64,000 bases of DNA from contig CAVRGP010000011.1 of the NCBI GenBank assembly GCA_963720755.1, forward strand, positions 96,001 through 160,000, given 5' to 3'. Position 1 is the first letter of the stretch; every line of letters starts with the position of its first letter. Below, piece by piece: positions 51,556 through 61,485 of this stretch. The DNA is from an uncultured Chloroflexia bacterium (lineage in GTDB: Bacteria; Chloroflexota; Limnocylindria; Limnocylindrales; CSP1-4). The notes under the pieces are model-generated. The model saw nothing but the letters and a program-made list of their open reading frames with translations, was not told the origin of the DNA and did not search any database. Made by a program: the position numbers and the translations under genes.

Positions 51556-54105
51556 TCAGCGAACGACGAGGTTCACCAGCTTGCCGCCGCCGGCGACCAC
51601 GATCCGGTCCGGGGTCTTGCCGCCGAGGATCTCCTGGATCCGTTCCCGGGCGAGGACGGCGGCCTCGATCTCCTCGGCTGAGGCATCGGTCGGGACGGTG
51701 ACCTTGTCGCGCAGCTTGCCGTTTACCTGGATGGGGATCTCACGAGTCGACTCCACGACCGCCGAGGCATCCACCTCTGGCCATGGCTGTTCGTGGATGG
51801 AACCCCAGGCCTCGCCCGCGGCAACCGACCGGCGGCTCCACAGTTCCTCGCTGATATGCGGCGCGGCCGGGGCGAGCATCAGCAACAGCAGGCGGATCGC
51901 CTCGTCCCACTCCGGCGAGCCGGCCACGACCGTGCCCCGGTAGCGGAAGAGCGTGTTCGACAGCTCCATCAGCTTCGCGATCATCGTGTTGAAGCGGAAG
52001 CCTTCGTAGTCCGCGGTCACGTCCCGGAGCGTCTTGTGGGCAGCGGCGCGGAGGCCGGTTCGAGCGGCCGCCTCCGTCTCACCGGCCGGCAGCGAGCCCG
52101 CCTCGGGATCACCGGGCTCCTGTCCGGTGGCGTCGAGGACCAGGGTCCAGACCCGGTTCAGGAAGCGATGCACGCCCCCGATCCCGGTCGGGCTCCACGG
52201 CCCGCCCTGGTCCCACGGGCCCATGAACATCAGGAACAGCCGGACGGTGTCGGCGCCGTAGCGCGCGACCAGCTCGTCGGGGTCCTGGACGTTGCCGCGC
52301 GATTTCGACATCCGCTCGCCGTCGGCCCCCAGGATCTGGCCCTGGTTGAACATCCGGATGAACGGTTCGCGGTCGCGGACGAGGCCGGAGTCGGCCATCG
52401 CCTTGGTGAAGAACCGGCTGTACAGGAGGTGCATGACCGCGTGTTCGGCGCCACCGGTGTACTGGTCCACCGGCGTCCACTTGTCGGTCATCTCGCGGTC
52501 CACCGGTCCACCGGGCTCGTCCGACGACAGGTAGCGGAACCAATACCACGAAGAGTCCATGAAGGTGTCCATCGTGTCGGTCTCGCGACGCGCCGGCCCG
52601 CCGCACCGGGGACACTCCACCCGCAGGAATGCCTCGTCATGGTTGAGCGGGTTGTCGCCGCTCCCCGCGTAGTCGACCGTCTCCGGCAGCCGGACGGGCA
52701 GATCTTCGTAGGGGACCGGGACGACGCCATCGTCCGGGCAATAGATGATCGGGATCGGCGTGCCCCAGTAGCGCTGGCGGCTGATCAGCCAGTCGCGCAA
52801 TCGATAGGTGACCTTGGGCTCGGCCCGCCCGCTCTCGGCCAGCCAGTCGACGATCGCCTTGCCGCCTTCGTCCGCCCCCAGGCCATCGAATCGTCCGCTG
52901 TTGACGAGCCGCTCGTCCGCCGCATGCGATATGAAGGCGTCGTCCATCGGGGCATCGGCGGCAACGCCCGGCTCGGCGACGACGCGCCGGATCTCCAGGC
53001 CGAACCGCCGGGCGAACTCGAAGTCGCGTTCGTCGTGGGCGGGGACGGCCATGATCGCGCCCGTGCCGTAGCCGGCCAGCACGTAGTCGGCGACGAAGAT
53101 CGGGATCCGCTCGCCGTTGACCGGGTTCACGGCCTCGGCCCCGATGGCGATGCCGGTCTTCTCGCGATCGGCCGACAGGCGATCGATCTCGGTCCGGCGG
53201 CGGGCCTGGCCGACGTACGCCTCGACCTCCGCCAGTCGGGTCGGATGGGTCAGCTTCGGGACGAGCGGGTGTTCGGGCGCGAGGACCATGAACGTCGCCC
53301 CGAACAGTGTGTCCGGTCGGGTGGTGAAGACGCGCAGGCGGTCACCGCCAGGCTGGTAGTCGTCGGGTGCGACCTCGAAGTCGATCTCGGCACCCTCCGA
53401 CCGGCCGATCCAATTCGTCTGCATGATCCTGACCGGCTCGGGCCAGTCCAACCCGGTGAAGTCCAGGAGCTCGTCGGCGTACGTGGTCGTGCGCAGGAAC
53501 CACTGCTCGAGGTCGCGCTTCTCGACCAGCGCTCCGCAGCGCCAGCAGTGCCGATCCGTGCCCTCGACCTGCTCGCGGGCGAGCGTGCCGTCATTGGGGC
53601 ACCAGTCGACGGCCGACAGCGCGCGGTAGGCGAGGCCGGCTTCCATCAGCTTCAGGAACAGCCACTGGTTCCACTGGTAGTACGAAGGATCCGCGGTGAC
53701 GACTTCGGTCTTCCAGGCGAAGGTGGCGCCCATCGTCTTGAACTGGCGGCGCATGTTCTCGATGTTCTGCATCGTCCACGTGAACGGATGGCCACCGTTC
53801 CTGATCGCGGCGTTCTCGGCCGGCAGTCCGAAGGCATCGAACCCGATCGGGAAGAAGACGTTGTAGCCGTGCATCCGCCGGAAGCGAGCGAGCGCATCGC
53901 TCGGCGTGACGATGTACCAGTGGCCGATGTGGAGGTCCCCCGACGGATACGGATACATCGTCAGCAGGTAGTACTTCGGCCGCGAGTCGTCGGTCAGGTC
54001 CGTCTCGTACAGTTCGAGCTCGGCCCAGCGCGCCTGCCAGCGCGGTTCGATGGCGGTCGGGTCATAGCGCTCGATCCGGGTGCGGTCTTTGGCGGTGTCG
54101 GTCAC
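51556..54105 (-). CDS. leuS: Leucine--tRNA ligase
   Basis: PYPSGDLHIGH, DAFGLPAENAA, FTTRPDT, SRQRYWG, RMSKS and QVNGKLR motifs. Confidence 0.98.
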   Translation of the reverse strand: MTDTAKDRTRIERYDPTAIEPRWQARWAELELYETDLTDDSRPKYYLLTMYPYPSGDLHIGHWYIVTPSDALARFRRMHGYNVFFPIGFDAFGLPAENAAIRNGGHPFTWTMQNIENMRRQFKTMGATFAWKTEVVTADPSYYQWNQWLFLKLMEAGLAYRALSAVDWCPNDGTLAREQVEGTDRHCWRCGALVEKRDLEQWFLRTTTYADELLDFTGLDWPEPVRIMQTNWIGRSEGAEIDFEVAPDDYQPGGDRLRVFTTRPDTLFGATFMVLAPEHPLVPKLTHPTRLAEVEAYVGQARRRTEIDRLSADREKTGIAIGAEAVNPVNGERIPIFVADYVLAGYGTGAIMAVPAHDERDFEFARRFGLEIRRVVAEPGVAADAPMDDAFISHAADERLVNSGRFDGLGADEGGKAIVDWLAESGRAEPKVTYRLRDWLISRQRYWGTPIPIIYCPDDGVVPVPYEDLPVRLPETVDYAGSGDNPLNHDEAFLRVECPRCGGPARRETDTMDTFMDSSWYWFRYLSSDEPGGPVDREMTDKWTPVDQYTGGAEHAVMHLLYSRFFTKAMADSGLVRDREPFIRMFNQGQILGADGERMSKSRGNVQDPDELVARYGADTVRLFLMFMGPWDQGGPWSPTGIGGVHRFLNRVWTLVLDATGQEPGDPEAGSLPAGETEAAARTGLRAAAHKTLRDVTADYEGFRFNTMIAKLMELSNTLFRYRGTVVAGSPEWDEAIRLLLLMLAPAAPHISEELWSRRSVAAGEAWGSIHEQPWPEVDASAVVESTREIPIQVNGKLRDKVTVPTDASAEEIEAAVLARERIQEILGGKTPDRIVVAGGGKLVNLVVR

Positions 54106-54172
54106 GATCGTCCTCGGATACCAACGCACCCCCCGCCGGCCGGGCGAGGGGTGGGAGGTCGGCTGTCTCTCA

Positions 54173-54248
54173 TGGTGGAGCTACGGGGACTCGAACCCCG
54201 GACCCCCTGCATGCCATGCAGGTGCTCTTCCAGCTGAGCTATAGCCCC
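54173..54248 (-). tRNA. tRNA-Ala(GGC)
   Basis: GGGGCTATAGCTCAG...CCTGC-ATGGCAT-GCAGG...GTTCGAG...TAGCTCCACCA; 76 nt; G3:U70 pair. Confidence 0.97.
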
Positions 54249-54295
54249 ACGGGATGGGGAGTTTACCAGAGGTCGAACGTGGCACCATCTGTCCC

Positions 54296-55912
54296 ATGAC
54301 CACGTTCGATCTGCTATTGCGTGGTGGGATCGTCATCGACGGCACGGGCGCTCCGGGGAAGCGCGCGGACGTCGGCGTCCTCGGCGATCGGATCCTGGCG
54401 ATCGATGACCTGTCCGCGGTGGACCCCGCCGGCGTCGAGACCGTCATCGACGTCGATGGGCTCATGGTGGTGCCCGGTTTCATCGACCCGCATGGCCACT
54501 CGGACGGGTCGCTCTTCCTCGACGGCGCCCTCGCCAGCCATCTCCACCAGGGTTTCACCACCCAGTTGTCGGGGAACTGCGGCGATTCGCTGGCACCGAT
54601 CACCACAGCCGGGCGCGAGATCGTGGACCTGTCGTTGCGGGCGAATTCCCTCGTTGCCCGCTGGCTGACGTTCGCCGAGTACCTCGACCGGGTCGACGAG
54701 CAACCGCTCGGGCCGAATGTCGCCTTCCTCGTCGGCCACGGCACGATCCGCGCCTCCGTGCTCGGCGCCGACGATCGCCCGCCGACCGAGGACGAGCTCG
54801 GGGCGATGGTGACCGAGGTCGCCGCGGCCATGGAGGCCGGCGCGCTGGGTCTCTCGAGCGGCCTGATCTACGCGCCGGGGATCCATGCGTCGGCCCCCGA
54901 GGTCGAAGCGCTCGTGCTGGCCACAGCGGAACGCGGCGGACTGTACGCAACCCATATGCGCAATGAGTCCGATGAGCTGTTCACCTCGCTCGATGAGTCG
55001 ATCGCAGCGGTGCGTGCCGCGGGCTCCGGTGGCCGGCTGCAGGTCTCGCACCTCAAGGCGGCCTCGGCGAAGGTGTGGGGCCGGGCTGCCGAGGCAGTCG
55101 GGGTGCTCGATCGCGCGCGTGCCGAGGGCCTCGATGTCGCGGCAGATCAGTATCCGTATACGGCGGCGGCGACCACGCTGGCCACGATCCTCCCGCCGGC
55201 CCTCCAGGCGCTCGGGATCGATGAATGCGTCACGGCGTTGGACGATCCCCATATCCGCGACCTGATCCGATCGGAGATCGCGCGCGGTATCTCGGGATGG
55301 GAGAACGTCGCCGCGGACCCCGGCTGGGGCGGGATCCGCATCTCGCATGCCGCGAGTCGTCCGGAGTGGGCCGGCCGATCCCTGGCCGAGCTTGCCGACG
55401 ACCTGCAGAGCGATCCGGCCGAGCTTGCGTTCGACGTGCTCGCCGCCGACCGACTCGACGTGTCGGTCGTCATCGAGTGCATGACCGAACCGGACGTCGA
55501 GACGATCATGGCCATCCCCTGGATCGCCGTATGCACCGATGCCGAAGGCCGTCGTCCGGACCACCCAGTCCTCGACGCCGGGCGGCCGCATCCGCGAACG
55601 TACGGAAGCGCGCCACGCGTCCTGGGGCACTACGTTCGGGAACGTGGCCTGCTGTCGCTGGAAGCGGCGATCGCCAAGCTCACCTCCGTGCCCGCCGGTC
55701 GACTCGGTCTGCGCGATCGCGGCGTGGTCCGCGAGGGAGCCATGGCCGACCTGGTCGTCTTCGACCCGGCCACGGTGATCGATGAGGCCACCTACGCGGA
55801 GCCCGCCCGGTACCCGATCGGCATCGACCACGTGATCGTGAATGGCCGGCCGGCGATCATCTCGGGAGCGGAGACCGGCGAACGCCCCGGCCGGCTGCTG
55901 CGCGGCGGCTGA
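54296..55912 (+). CDS. N-acyl-D-amino-acid deacylase family amidohydrolase
   Basis: PGFIDPHGHSD, GNCG, HMRNE, DQYPY and PHPRTYG motifs. Confidence 0.92.
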   Translation: MTTFDLLLRGGIVIDGTGAPGKRADVGVLGDRILAIDDLSAVDPAGVETVIDVDGLMVVPGFIDPHGHSDGSLFLDGALASHLHQGFTTQLSGNCGDSLAPITTAGREIVDLSLRANSLVARWLTFAEYLDRVDEQPLGPNVAFLVGHGTIRASVLGADDRPPTEDELGAMVTEVAAAMEAGALGLSSGLIYAPGIHASAPEVEALVLATAERGGLYATHMRNESDELFTSLDESIAAVRAAGSGGRLQVSHLKAASAKVWGRAAEAVGVLDRARAEGLDVAADQYPYTAAATTLATILPPALQALGIDECVTALDDPHIRDLIRSEIARGISGWENVAADPGWGGIRISHAASRPEWAGRSLAELADDLQSDPAELAFDVLAADRLDVSVVIECMTEPDVETIMAIPWIAVCTDAEGRRPDHPVLDAGRPHPRTYGSAPRVLGHYVRERGLLSLEAAIAKLTSVPAGRLGLRDRGVVREGAMADLVVFDPATVIDEATYAEPARYPIGIDHVIVNGRPAIISGAETGERPGRLLRGG

Positions 55913-55919
55913 CCGACAC

Positions 55920-56702
55920 GTGCCGGTCACCGAGTCCGCCGCGGTCGCCCACCTCCGGGGCGGGCCGATCGGCTACACGCTACGCCGCTCACCTCGGTCG
56001 CGCGGGATCCGGGTCGTCATCCATCCTGAACGCGGCGTCGTCGTCACGGTCCCGTCAGCCTCGCGCCGACCCTGGAGTGCCCCCGAATCCGAGATCGACC
56101 GGTTTCTCGCCGAGCGTGAGCCGTGGCTTCGGCGCCACATGGACCGGCACGAACGAGAGCGCACCGAGCTGGCCGCCAGGGGCGGCATCGCGGACGGCGC
56201 CCAGATCCGGTTCCTCGGCGACCTCCACCGGTTGCGGATCGGTGCGGCGCAACCGGGGATCCGCCGCTCGACCATCGAACGGATCGGCGGACCCGTCGAA
56301 GACGAATTGATCGTGTCCCTGGCCCCTGCCGATCGACGGTCGCCGAGCGCCGTCCTCGAAGCCTGGTTCAGGCACCGAGCGAGCGATGCGATCCACGAGG
56401 ACATCGGTCGTCATGCTGCGGGGCTTGGCGTGAGCCCGACGGCCGTGAGCATCCGCGATCAGCGCACGCGCTGGGGCAGTGCCTCGCGCCAGGGCCGGCT
56501 TGCGTTCTCATGGCGACTCATCCTCGCGCCGGCGGAGGCGCGCGAGACGGTCGTCATCCACGAGTTGGCCCACCTGCGGGTCTTCGGCCACGGCCCGCGA
56601 TTCTGGGAGGTCGTCGCCTCCCGCCGCCCGGATCACCGGACCTGGCGGAGATGGCTGCACGACCACTCGACCGAACTCCACGGCGCGCTTCTGGAGCGAT
56701 GA
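55920..56702 (+). CDS. YgjP/SprT-like zinc metallopeptidase (DUF45)
   Basis: QRTRWGS, FSWRL and HELAHL...HGPRFW motifs. Confidence 0.9.
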   Translation: MPVTESAAVAHLRGGPIGYTLRRSPRSRGIRVVIHPERGVVVTVPSASRRPWSAPESEIDRFLAEREPWLRRHMDRHERERTELAARGGIADGAQIRFLGDLHRLRIGAAQPGIRRSTIERIGGPVEDELIVSLAPADRRSPSAVLEAWFRHRASDAIHEDIGRHAAGLGVSPTAVSIRDQRTRWGSASRQGRLAFSWRLILAPAEARETVVIHELAHLRVFGHGPRFWEVVASRRPDHRTWRRWLHDHSTELHGALLER

Positions 56703-56708
56703 AGGGCG

Positions 56709-57431
56709 CTAGCTGGAGGGAGCGTTCTCGTCGGGACGGAGGCGCATCCCGAGGAGCGCGACCCAGATCGGCAGCGCGATCCCCGTGGCCAGGGCCGTCA
56801 CCAGTTGGCCGAACTGCGAGTCGACGACCTCGGTCATCACGACTCCGGCGATCAACAGGATCGCGGAGGTCCAGGCCAGCCCGCGAAACGTCGGTGCAGA
56901 TCGGGCGAACGGGATCTGGATCGATGCTGCCAAGACAGCCAGCGCACCGACCACGATCGCGCCGTACTCGAGCCAGGTCGCCCCGCCCTCGAAGATGTTG
57001 AGGGCCCACAGCTGGGCGATGGTCTCCTCCACCTTGAAGCCACAGTCGCAATAACCGGTGTTCGCTGCGCCGTTGGCACCGACGTAGAGCAGGCCGGCAG
57101 CGACGCCGAGGATGCCGCTCGTCAGCACGGCAACGCGAAGGACGCCGGTGCCCTGGCCGGGTCGCCCCAGTGCCGCGATCGAGTCGGAAGCGAGGGCGAG
57201 CGCGCCGAATGCCAGGACGAACGCCAGATGGGACGCGAAGTCGTACGGCCAGATCGCATCGCGATACGGTTGGCTCGCCGCGATCCGGCCGGGGAGGTCC
57301 AGCGTGTCCGCGAGGTTGGGCGGCGCGACGAACCAATCGAGACCGACACCAAGAGCCAGGACGGTTCCCACGATTAGTCCGGCGGCGACGATGCCGAGCA
57401 GTACCTGACCGACCGAAAACCGACGGTTCAT
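56709..57431 (-). CDS. Multi-pass membrane protein with a loop CxC
   Basis: About 6 TM segments; GYCDCG; SD GGAGG. Confidence 0.65.
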   Translation of the reverse strand: MNRRFSVGQVLLGIVAAGLIVGTVLALGVGLDWFVAPPNLADTLDLPGRIAASQPYRDAIWPYDFASHLAFVLAFGALALASDSIAALGRPGQGTGVLRVAVLTSGILGVAAGLLYVGANGAANTGYCDCGFKVEETIAQLWALNIFEGGATWLEYGAIVVGALAVLAASIQIPFARSAPTFRGLAWTSAILLIAGVVMTEVVDSQFGQLVTALATGIALPIWVALLGMRLRPDENAPSS

Positions 57432-57563
57432 CGCGTCGACCCTCCCAGATCACGTTCACCCGGATTTGGAGCGTATGGTCGCATGGATTCGCATCGCCAC
57501 GTCGGGATTCAGGGCATCGCCGCCGCCGGTCCGAAGGACGGTGCTACGAGCGCGCTCCGGATA

Positions 57564-58052
57564 TCAGTAGATCCATGGGATCAGCCGTTTGGTGCGTCGC
57601 TGGTACGCCTCGTAGCCCGGATGCGTGCTGGCCAGCCAGGCTTCCTCGCGCCGGGATTTCCCGGCGAACAGCAGGAACAGCAGGCCCGATGCGATCAGGA
57701 CCCAGACGGAGCCCGTGAACAATCCCCAGCCGATCGCCGCCAGGACGATCCCGCTGTAGATCGGATGACGGATCAGGCGGTAGGCACCGGACTCGATCAG
57801 CGGCGCGCCATCGATCGGCCGCGGGAACGGCGTGATCGCGGCCCGCAACTCCCACAACCCAAGCGTGGCAATGAGCCCGCCGCCGGCGATCGCCGCCAGT
57901 CCGACGGCCATGGCGACCGGCCCCCATGGATCGTCCAGGCCGTGTGCCCGCAGTTCGTTCAGTCCGGCCGCCGCGATGACCACGAAGAGGACGACCTGGA
58001 TCGCAACCCAGCCCTCGCCGCGGGGTCCCAGGGACGGCATGCGGGACGTCAT
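57564..58052 (-). CDS. Isoprenylcysteine carboxyl methyltransferase family protein
   Basis: GAYRLIRHPIY, REEAWL and Y..Y..RT.RLIP motifs. Confidence 0.88.
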   Translation of the reverse strand: MTSRMPSLGPRGEGWVAIQVVLFVVIAAAGLNELRAHGLDDPWGPVAMAVGLAAIAGGGLIATLGLWELRAAITPFPRPIDGAPLIESGAYRLIRHPIYSGIVLAAIGWGLFTGSVWVLIASGLLFLLFAGKSRREEAWLASTHPGYEAYQRRTKRLIPWIY

Positions 58053-58071
58053 CGCCCTGGCTCGCGTTCGA

Positions 58072-58401
58072 TCAAGCCGATGGCTGGACGACGGGAAGCG
58101 CTCGCATCGGCATGGGTCCGCTGACCGCCCCGACCTCGCCGGCGATGGCCTGGAACCGTCGTGCCGCCTCGGGAACCATGAAGTAGTGGATGAACGACGC
58201 GCGACGTTCCGTCCTGACCCAGCCGGAGTCTCGAAGGACCTTGAGGTGATGGCTGACCGTCGGCTGGGCGACCTCGCAGCAGGCGGTGAAATCGCAGGCG
58301 CACACGCCGTCGCCGGCTGACAATTGGCGCAGGATCGCCAACCGTGTCGGATCGGCCGCGGCCTGGAGGAGAAGGACGTCAGGGTCGGTCGTGCGCTTCA
58401 T
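58072..58401 (-). CDS. arsR: ArsR/SmtB-family repressor
   Basis: DPTRL.IL, VCACD..ACC and QPTVSHHLKVL motifs; divergent from arsM. Confidence 0.88.
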   Translation of the reverse strand: MKRTTDPDVLLLQAAADPTRLAILRQLSAGDGVCACDFTACCEVAQPTVSHHLKVLRDSGWVRTERRASFIHYFMVPEAARRFQAIAGEVGAVSGPMPMRALPVVQPSA

Positions 58402-58413
58402 GGGCGCCATGGT

Positions 58414-58445
58414 ATTGACAAGTATCTATATTTGCAAGTATCAAT
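58414..58445. promoter_or_regulatory. Divergent arsR/arsM promoter-operator
   Basis: AT-rich; TTGACA at 58415; CAAGTATC at 58419 and 58435; ATTGA...TCAAT ends. Confidence 0.6.
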
Positions 58446-58510
58446 ATGCGGTACGCCCCAGAACGCAGCGCAGGCAGGCCCGCGGCCCGGCCCGCCCAGG
58501 AGGAACCAGG

Positions 58511-59320
58511 ATGACGACCGAGACGATCCACGAAGAAGTCCGGGCACGCTACGCGGCCGCTGCCAACCATTCGCACGACGGGAGCTGTTGCGACGGGGTA
58601 TCGGATGTGATCGGCTCGTCGCTCTATTCCGCGCTCGAGCGTGACGAATTGCCCGAGGCGGCCGTCCTCGCCTCGCTCGGCTGCGGCAATCCGATCGCGG
58701 TCGCCGAGTTGCACGAGGGCGAGCGAGTCCTCGACCTTGGATCCGGTGGCGGGATCGATGTCCTGCTGTCCGCCCGACGGGTCGGGCCGACCGGACGGGC
58801 GATCGGCCTCGACATGACCGATGAGATGCTCGCGCTCGCGCAACGCAACGTCGCCGAATCGGGCCTCACGAACATCGAGTTCGTGCGCGGCCACATCGAG
58901 GACATCCCGTTGCCGGCCGCGTCCGTCGATGTCGTGATCAGCAACTGCGTCATCAATCTGGCCGCCGACAAGTCGGCCGTGTTCCGCGAGATCGCCCGCG
59001 TGCTCCGTCCGGGCGGCCGGATGGGCGTGACCGACATCGTCGCCGAGGACCGACTGATGCCGGCCGAGCGGGCTGAACGTGGGTCCTACGTCGGCTGCAT
59101 CGCCGGAGCCCTGTCGTTCAGCGAGTTCCGCGCCGGGCTGGAAGCGGTCGGCCTGACCGATGTGTCGCTGACACCCATCCGGGATGTCGCCGAGGGCATG
59201 GTCAGCGCGATCGTCAAGGCCACCAAGCCGCTCGATGCGGGGATCAAGGTCGACCAGGCGGCACGGTCCCTGCCGGTCGCCGACGCCGGCTGCGGCTGCG
59301 GTTCTGACGGCTGCTGCTGA
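58511..59320 (+). CDS. arsM: Arsenite S-adenosylmethionine methyltransferase
   Basis: [24 protein letters not shown] and GCIAGA motifs; Cys-rich termini. Confidence 0.9.
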   Translation: MTTETIHEEVRARYAAAANHSHDGSCCDGVSDVIGSSLYSALERDELPEAAVLASLGCGNPIAVAELHEGERVLDLGSGGGIDVLLSARRVGPTGRAIGLDMTDEMLALAQRNVAESGLTNIEFVRGHIEDIPLPAASVDVVISNCVINLAADKSAVFREIARVLRPGGRMGVTDIVAEDRLMPAERAERGSYVGCIAGALSFSEFRAGLEAVGLTDVSLTPIRDVAEGMVSAIVKATKPLDAGIKVDQAARSLPVADAGCGCGSDGCC

Positions 59321-59323
59321 GGG

Positions 59324-59399
59324 TGGTGGAGATGAGGGGACTCGAACCCCTGACCCCTGCGATGCGAACGCAGTGCTCTTCCAGCTGAGCTACATCCCC
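59324..59399 (-). tRNA. tRNA-Ala(CGC)
   Basis: GGGGATGTAGCTCAG...CTGCG-TTCGCAT-CGCAG...CATCTCCACCA; 76 nt; G3:U70 pair. Confidence 0.97.
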
Positions 59400-59485
59400 A
59401 CGAGGCGGTCGCGCCTCGTCCGTGGACGGGGGACCGGTTCGGAATGGTAGCACGGGGTCACATCCACTCCGGATAGGCTGCGCAG

Positions 59486-60382
59486 ATGCCTTTCGGACTC
59501 CTCGCCGGACTCGGTGCTGCCCTCGCCTGGGGTACGACCGATCTCGTGAGCGCGCTCACGAGCCGTCGGATCGGCAGTCTGCTCGTGGCGACCGGGGTCA
59601 CGGTCGTCAGCGCCGCGTGGTTCGTCGTGATCGCGATCGTCGTTCGGCCGGATCGGGCCATCGACATCGCCGCATACGGGCCGTCGGTCCTCGTCGGCCT
59701 GCTCGGGGCCGGCGGCTACATGTCGTTCTACTCCGGATTGCGGGTAGGGCCGATCGCAGTCGTGAGTGGCATGGTCGCGGCGTACGGCGGCCTGACCGTC
59801 GTGCTTTCGGTCCTCCTCCGGGGCGAGACACTGACCGTGCTCCAGGCGGCCGGGGCCACGATCGCCACGATCGGCGTGATCCTCACCGGGATCGCCTTCA
59901 GCGGCGGTCCGCGCGGGACCCGCTTCGCGGGGCCGGGAGTGGTCTTCGCAGTCATCGCCTTGGTGCTCTTTGCGGTGATGGCCATCGCCACGGACATCGC
60001 GCTCTACTCTGCCGACGCCCTGCAGGTGCTCCTCATCTCACGCCTCGTGACGGCCACCACGACGGTCACGATCGTGTCGATCGTGCTGCTTCGCCGCAGG
60101 TCGATGGCCGGCCCGACCCCGGCTGGCACCGCAGCGCGTCGACCGGATCCGCGGGCACTTGCCGCGATCGGCCTCGCCGGCACGCTTGATGTGCTGGGGC
60201 TGACCGCGTTCACGGTCGGCCTGGAAACGGCGCCCACGTGGATGGTCGGGCTGGCATCGTCGTTCGGACCCGCGGTGACCATCGTCGCGGCCGTCGTCTT
60301 CCTGGGCGAACGGCTCAAGCCGATCCAATGGGTCGGGCTGCTCGGCGTCGCGATCGGGATGGTTGCGATCGCCCTGCCCTGA
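59486..60382 (+). CDS. EamA/DMT-family transporter
   Basis: About 10 TM segments; LRGETL and FLGERL repeat ends. Confidence 0.85.
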   Translation: MPFGLLAGLGAALAWGTTDLVSALTSRRIGSLLVATGVTVVSAAWFVVIAIVVRPDRAIDIAAYGPSVLVGLLGAGGYMSFYSGLRVGPIAVVSGMVAAYGGLTVVLSVLLRGETLTVLQAAGATIATIGVILTGIAFSGGPRGTRFAGPGVVFAVIALVLFAVMAIATDIALYSADALQVLLISRLVTATTTVTIVSIVLLRRRSMAGPTPAGTAARRPDPRALAAIGLAGTLDVLGLTAFTVGLETAPTWMVGLASSFGPAVTIVAAVVFLGERLKPIQWVGLLGVAIGMVAIALP

Positions 60383-60420
60383 GGTCAGTCGGCGACGGAC
60401 GACCGGGTCATCGGGTCCGT

Positions 60421-61485
60421 TCAAGCCGGGAGGCTGAACCAGAAGCGGGTCTGACCTTCGCTGGAATCGGCCCCGACCTGTCCGCCCTCCGCCTCGATCA
60501 GCTGCTTGACGATTGCCAGGCCGATGCCGGCACCGCCCCGTGCCCGGTCACGGGATTTCTCGACCCGGTAGAAGCGCTCGAACACGCGGTCGAGGTCATC
60601 GGCTGGGATGCCCTCGCCGGTGTTGCTGATCGAGACCAGGAGGTCGGATGCGCGCTGCTCGGCCCGAACGGTGACCGTGCCGCCGGCCGGCGTGTAGCGC
60701 GCGGCATTCGACAACAGATTGCCGAGCACCTGGGCAAGGTGGTCCGGATTGGCTCGGGCGGGAAGCCGTTCCGGGATCTCGACAACGACTTTCAGCCCGG
60801 CCCGCTCGAGGGTGGGCTGGGCGAGGTCGAGCGCGACCCGGATGGCCGTGCTGAGGTCCAGCTCCTCCACGGGCGGCGGCACGGTCGCTGCGTCCCCTTC
60901 CGCGAGCGCATCGAGCGAATGCGACAGGCGGACGAGCCGGTCCGCCTCGTCCCAGAGTGAATCGTAGGTCGCGCGGTCCGGGGTGATGACGCCGTCGCGC
61001 AGCGCTTCGAGATAACCCTGCAGGTTGGTCAGAGGCGTCCGCAGCTCGTGGGCGGCGTTCGCGATGAAGTCGCGGCGCAGGGCTTCCTGGCGCTCGAGGC
61101 TGGTGGCCATCTGGTTGAACGAGTCGGCAAGGCTTGCGATCTCCTCGGGTCCGTCCCTCGGGACCCGGGCGGCGTAGTCGCCGGCGGCGACCCGTCGCGC
61201 GGCAGCACCGACCTCGGCCAGCGGGTGGGCGAGCATCCGGCCCAGGACGATGGCCAGCACGATGCTGGCGATCGCCGCCACGACGACCGCCGCGATGACC
61301 ACGGTCATGACCAATTCGTCGTACATCGCCTGGGCATGATCGGCCGAATCACCGGCCTCGACCATCAATGCCCGGAAGATGTCGGCCCCGACCACGGACA
61401 CGCCGATCGTCACGATCGCGACACCGACCGCCGCGGAGATCAGGGCCGCCAGGGCGATCCGGGCAGCGATCCCACGTCCGATCAT
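60421..61485 (-). CDS. HAMP sensor histidine kinase (BaeS-like)
   Basis: HELRTPL, NLLSNA.RYT, FERFYR and GAGIGL motifs. Confidence 0.95.
   Translation of the reverse strand: MIGRGIAARIALAALISAAVGVAIVTIGVSVVGADIFRALMVEAGDSADHAQAMYDELVMTVVIAAVVVAAIASIVLAIVLGRMLAHPLAEVGAAARRVAAGDYAARVPRDGPEEIASLADSFNQMATSLERQEALRRDFIANAAHELRTPLTNLQGYLEALRDGVITPDRATYDSLWDEADRLVRLSHSLDALAEGDAATVPPPVEELDLSTAIRVALDLAQPTLERAGLKVVVEIPERLPARANPDHLAQVLGNLLSNAARYTPAGGTVTVRAEQRASDLLVSISNTGEGIPADDLDRVFERFYRVEKSRDRARGGAGIGLAIVKQLIEAEGGQVGADSSEGQTRFWFSLPA

Noticed and set aside
54173-59399. Prophage or ICE integrated at tRNA-Ala
   Set aside because: No integrase, phage or conjugation genes, and both tRNAs are full-length with different anticodons.
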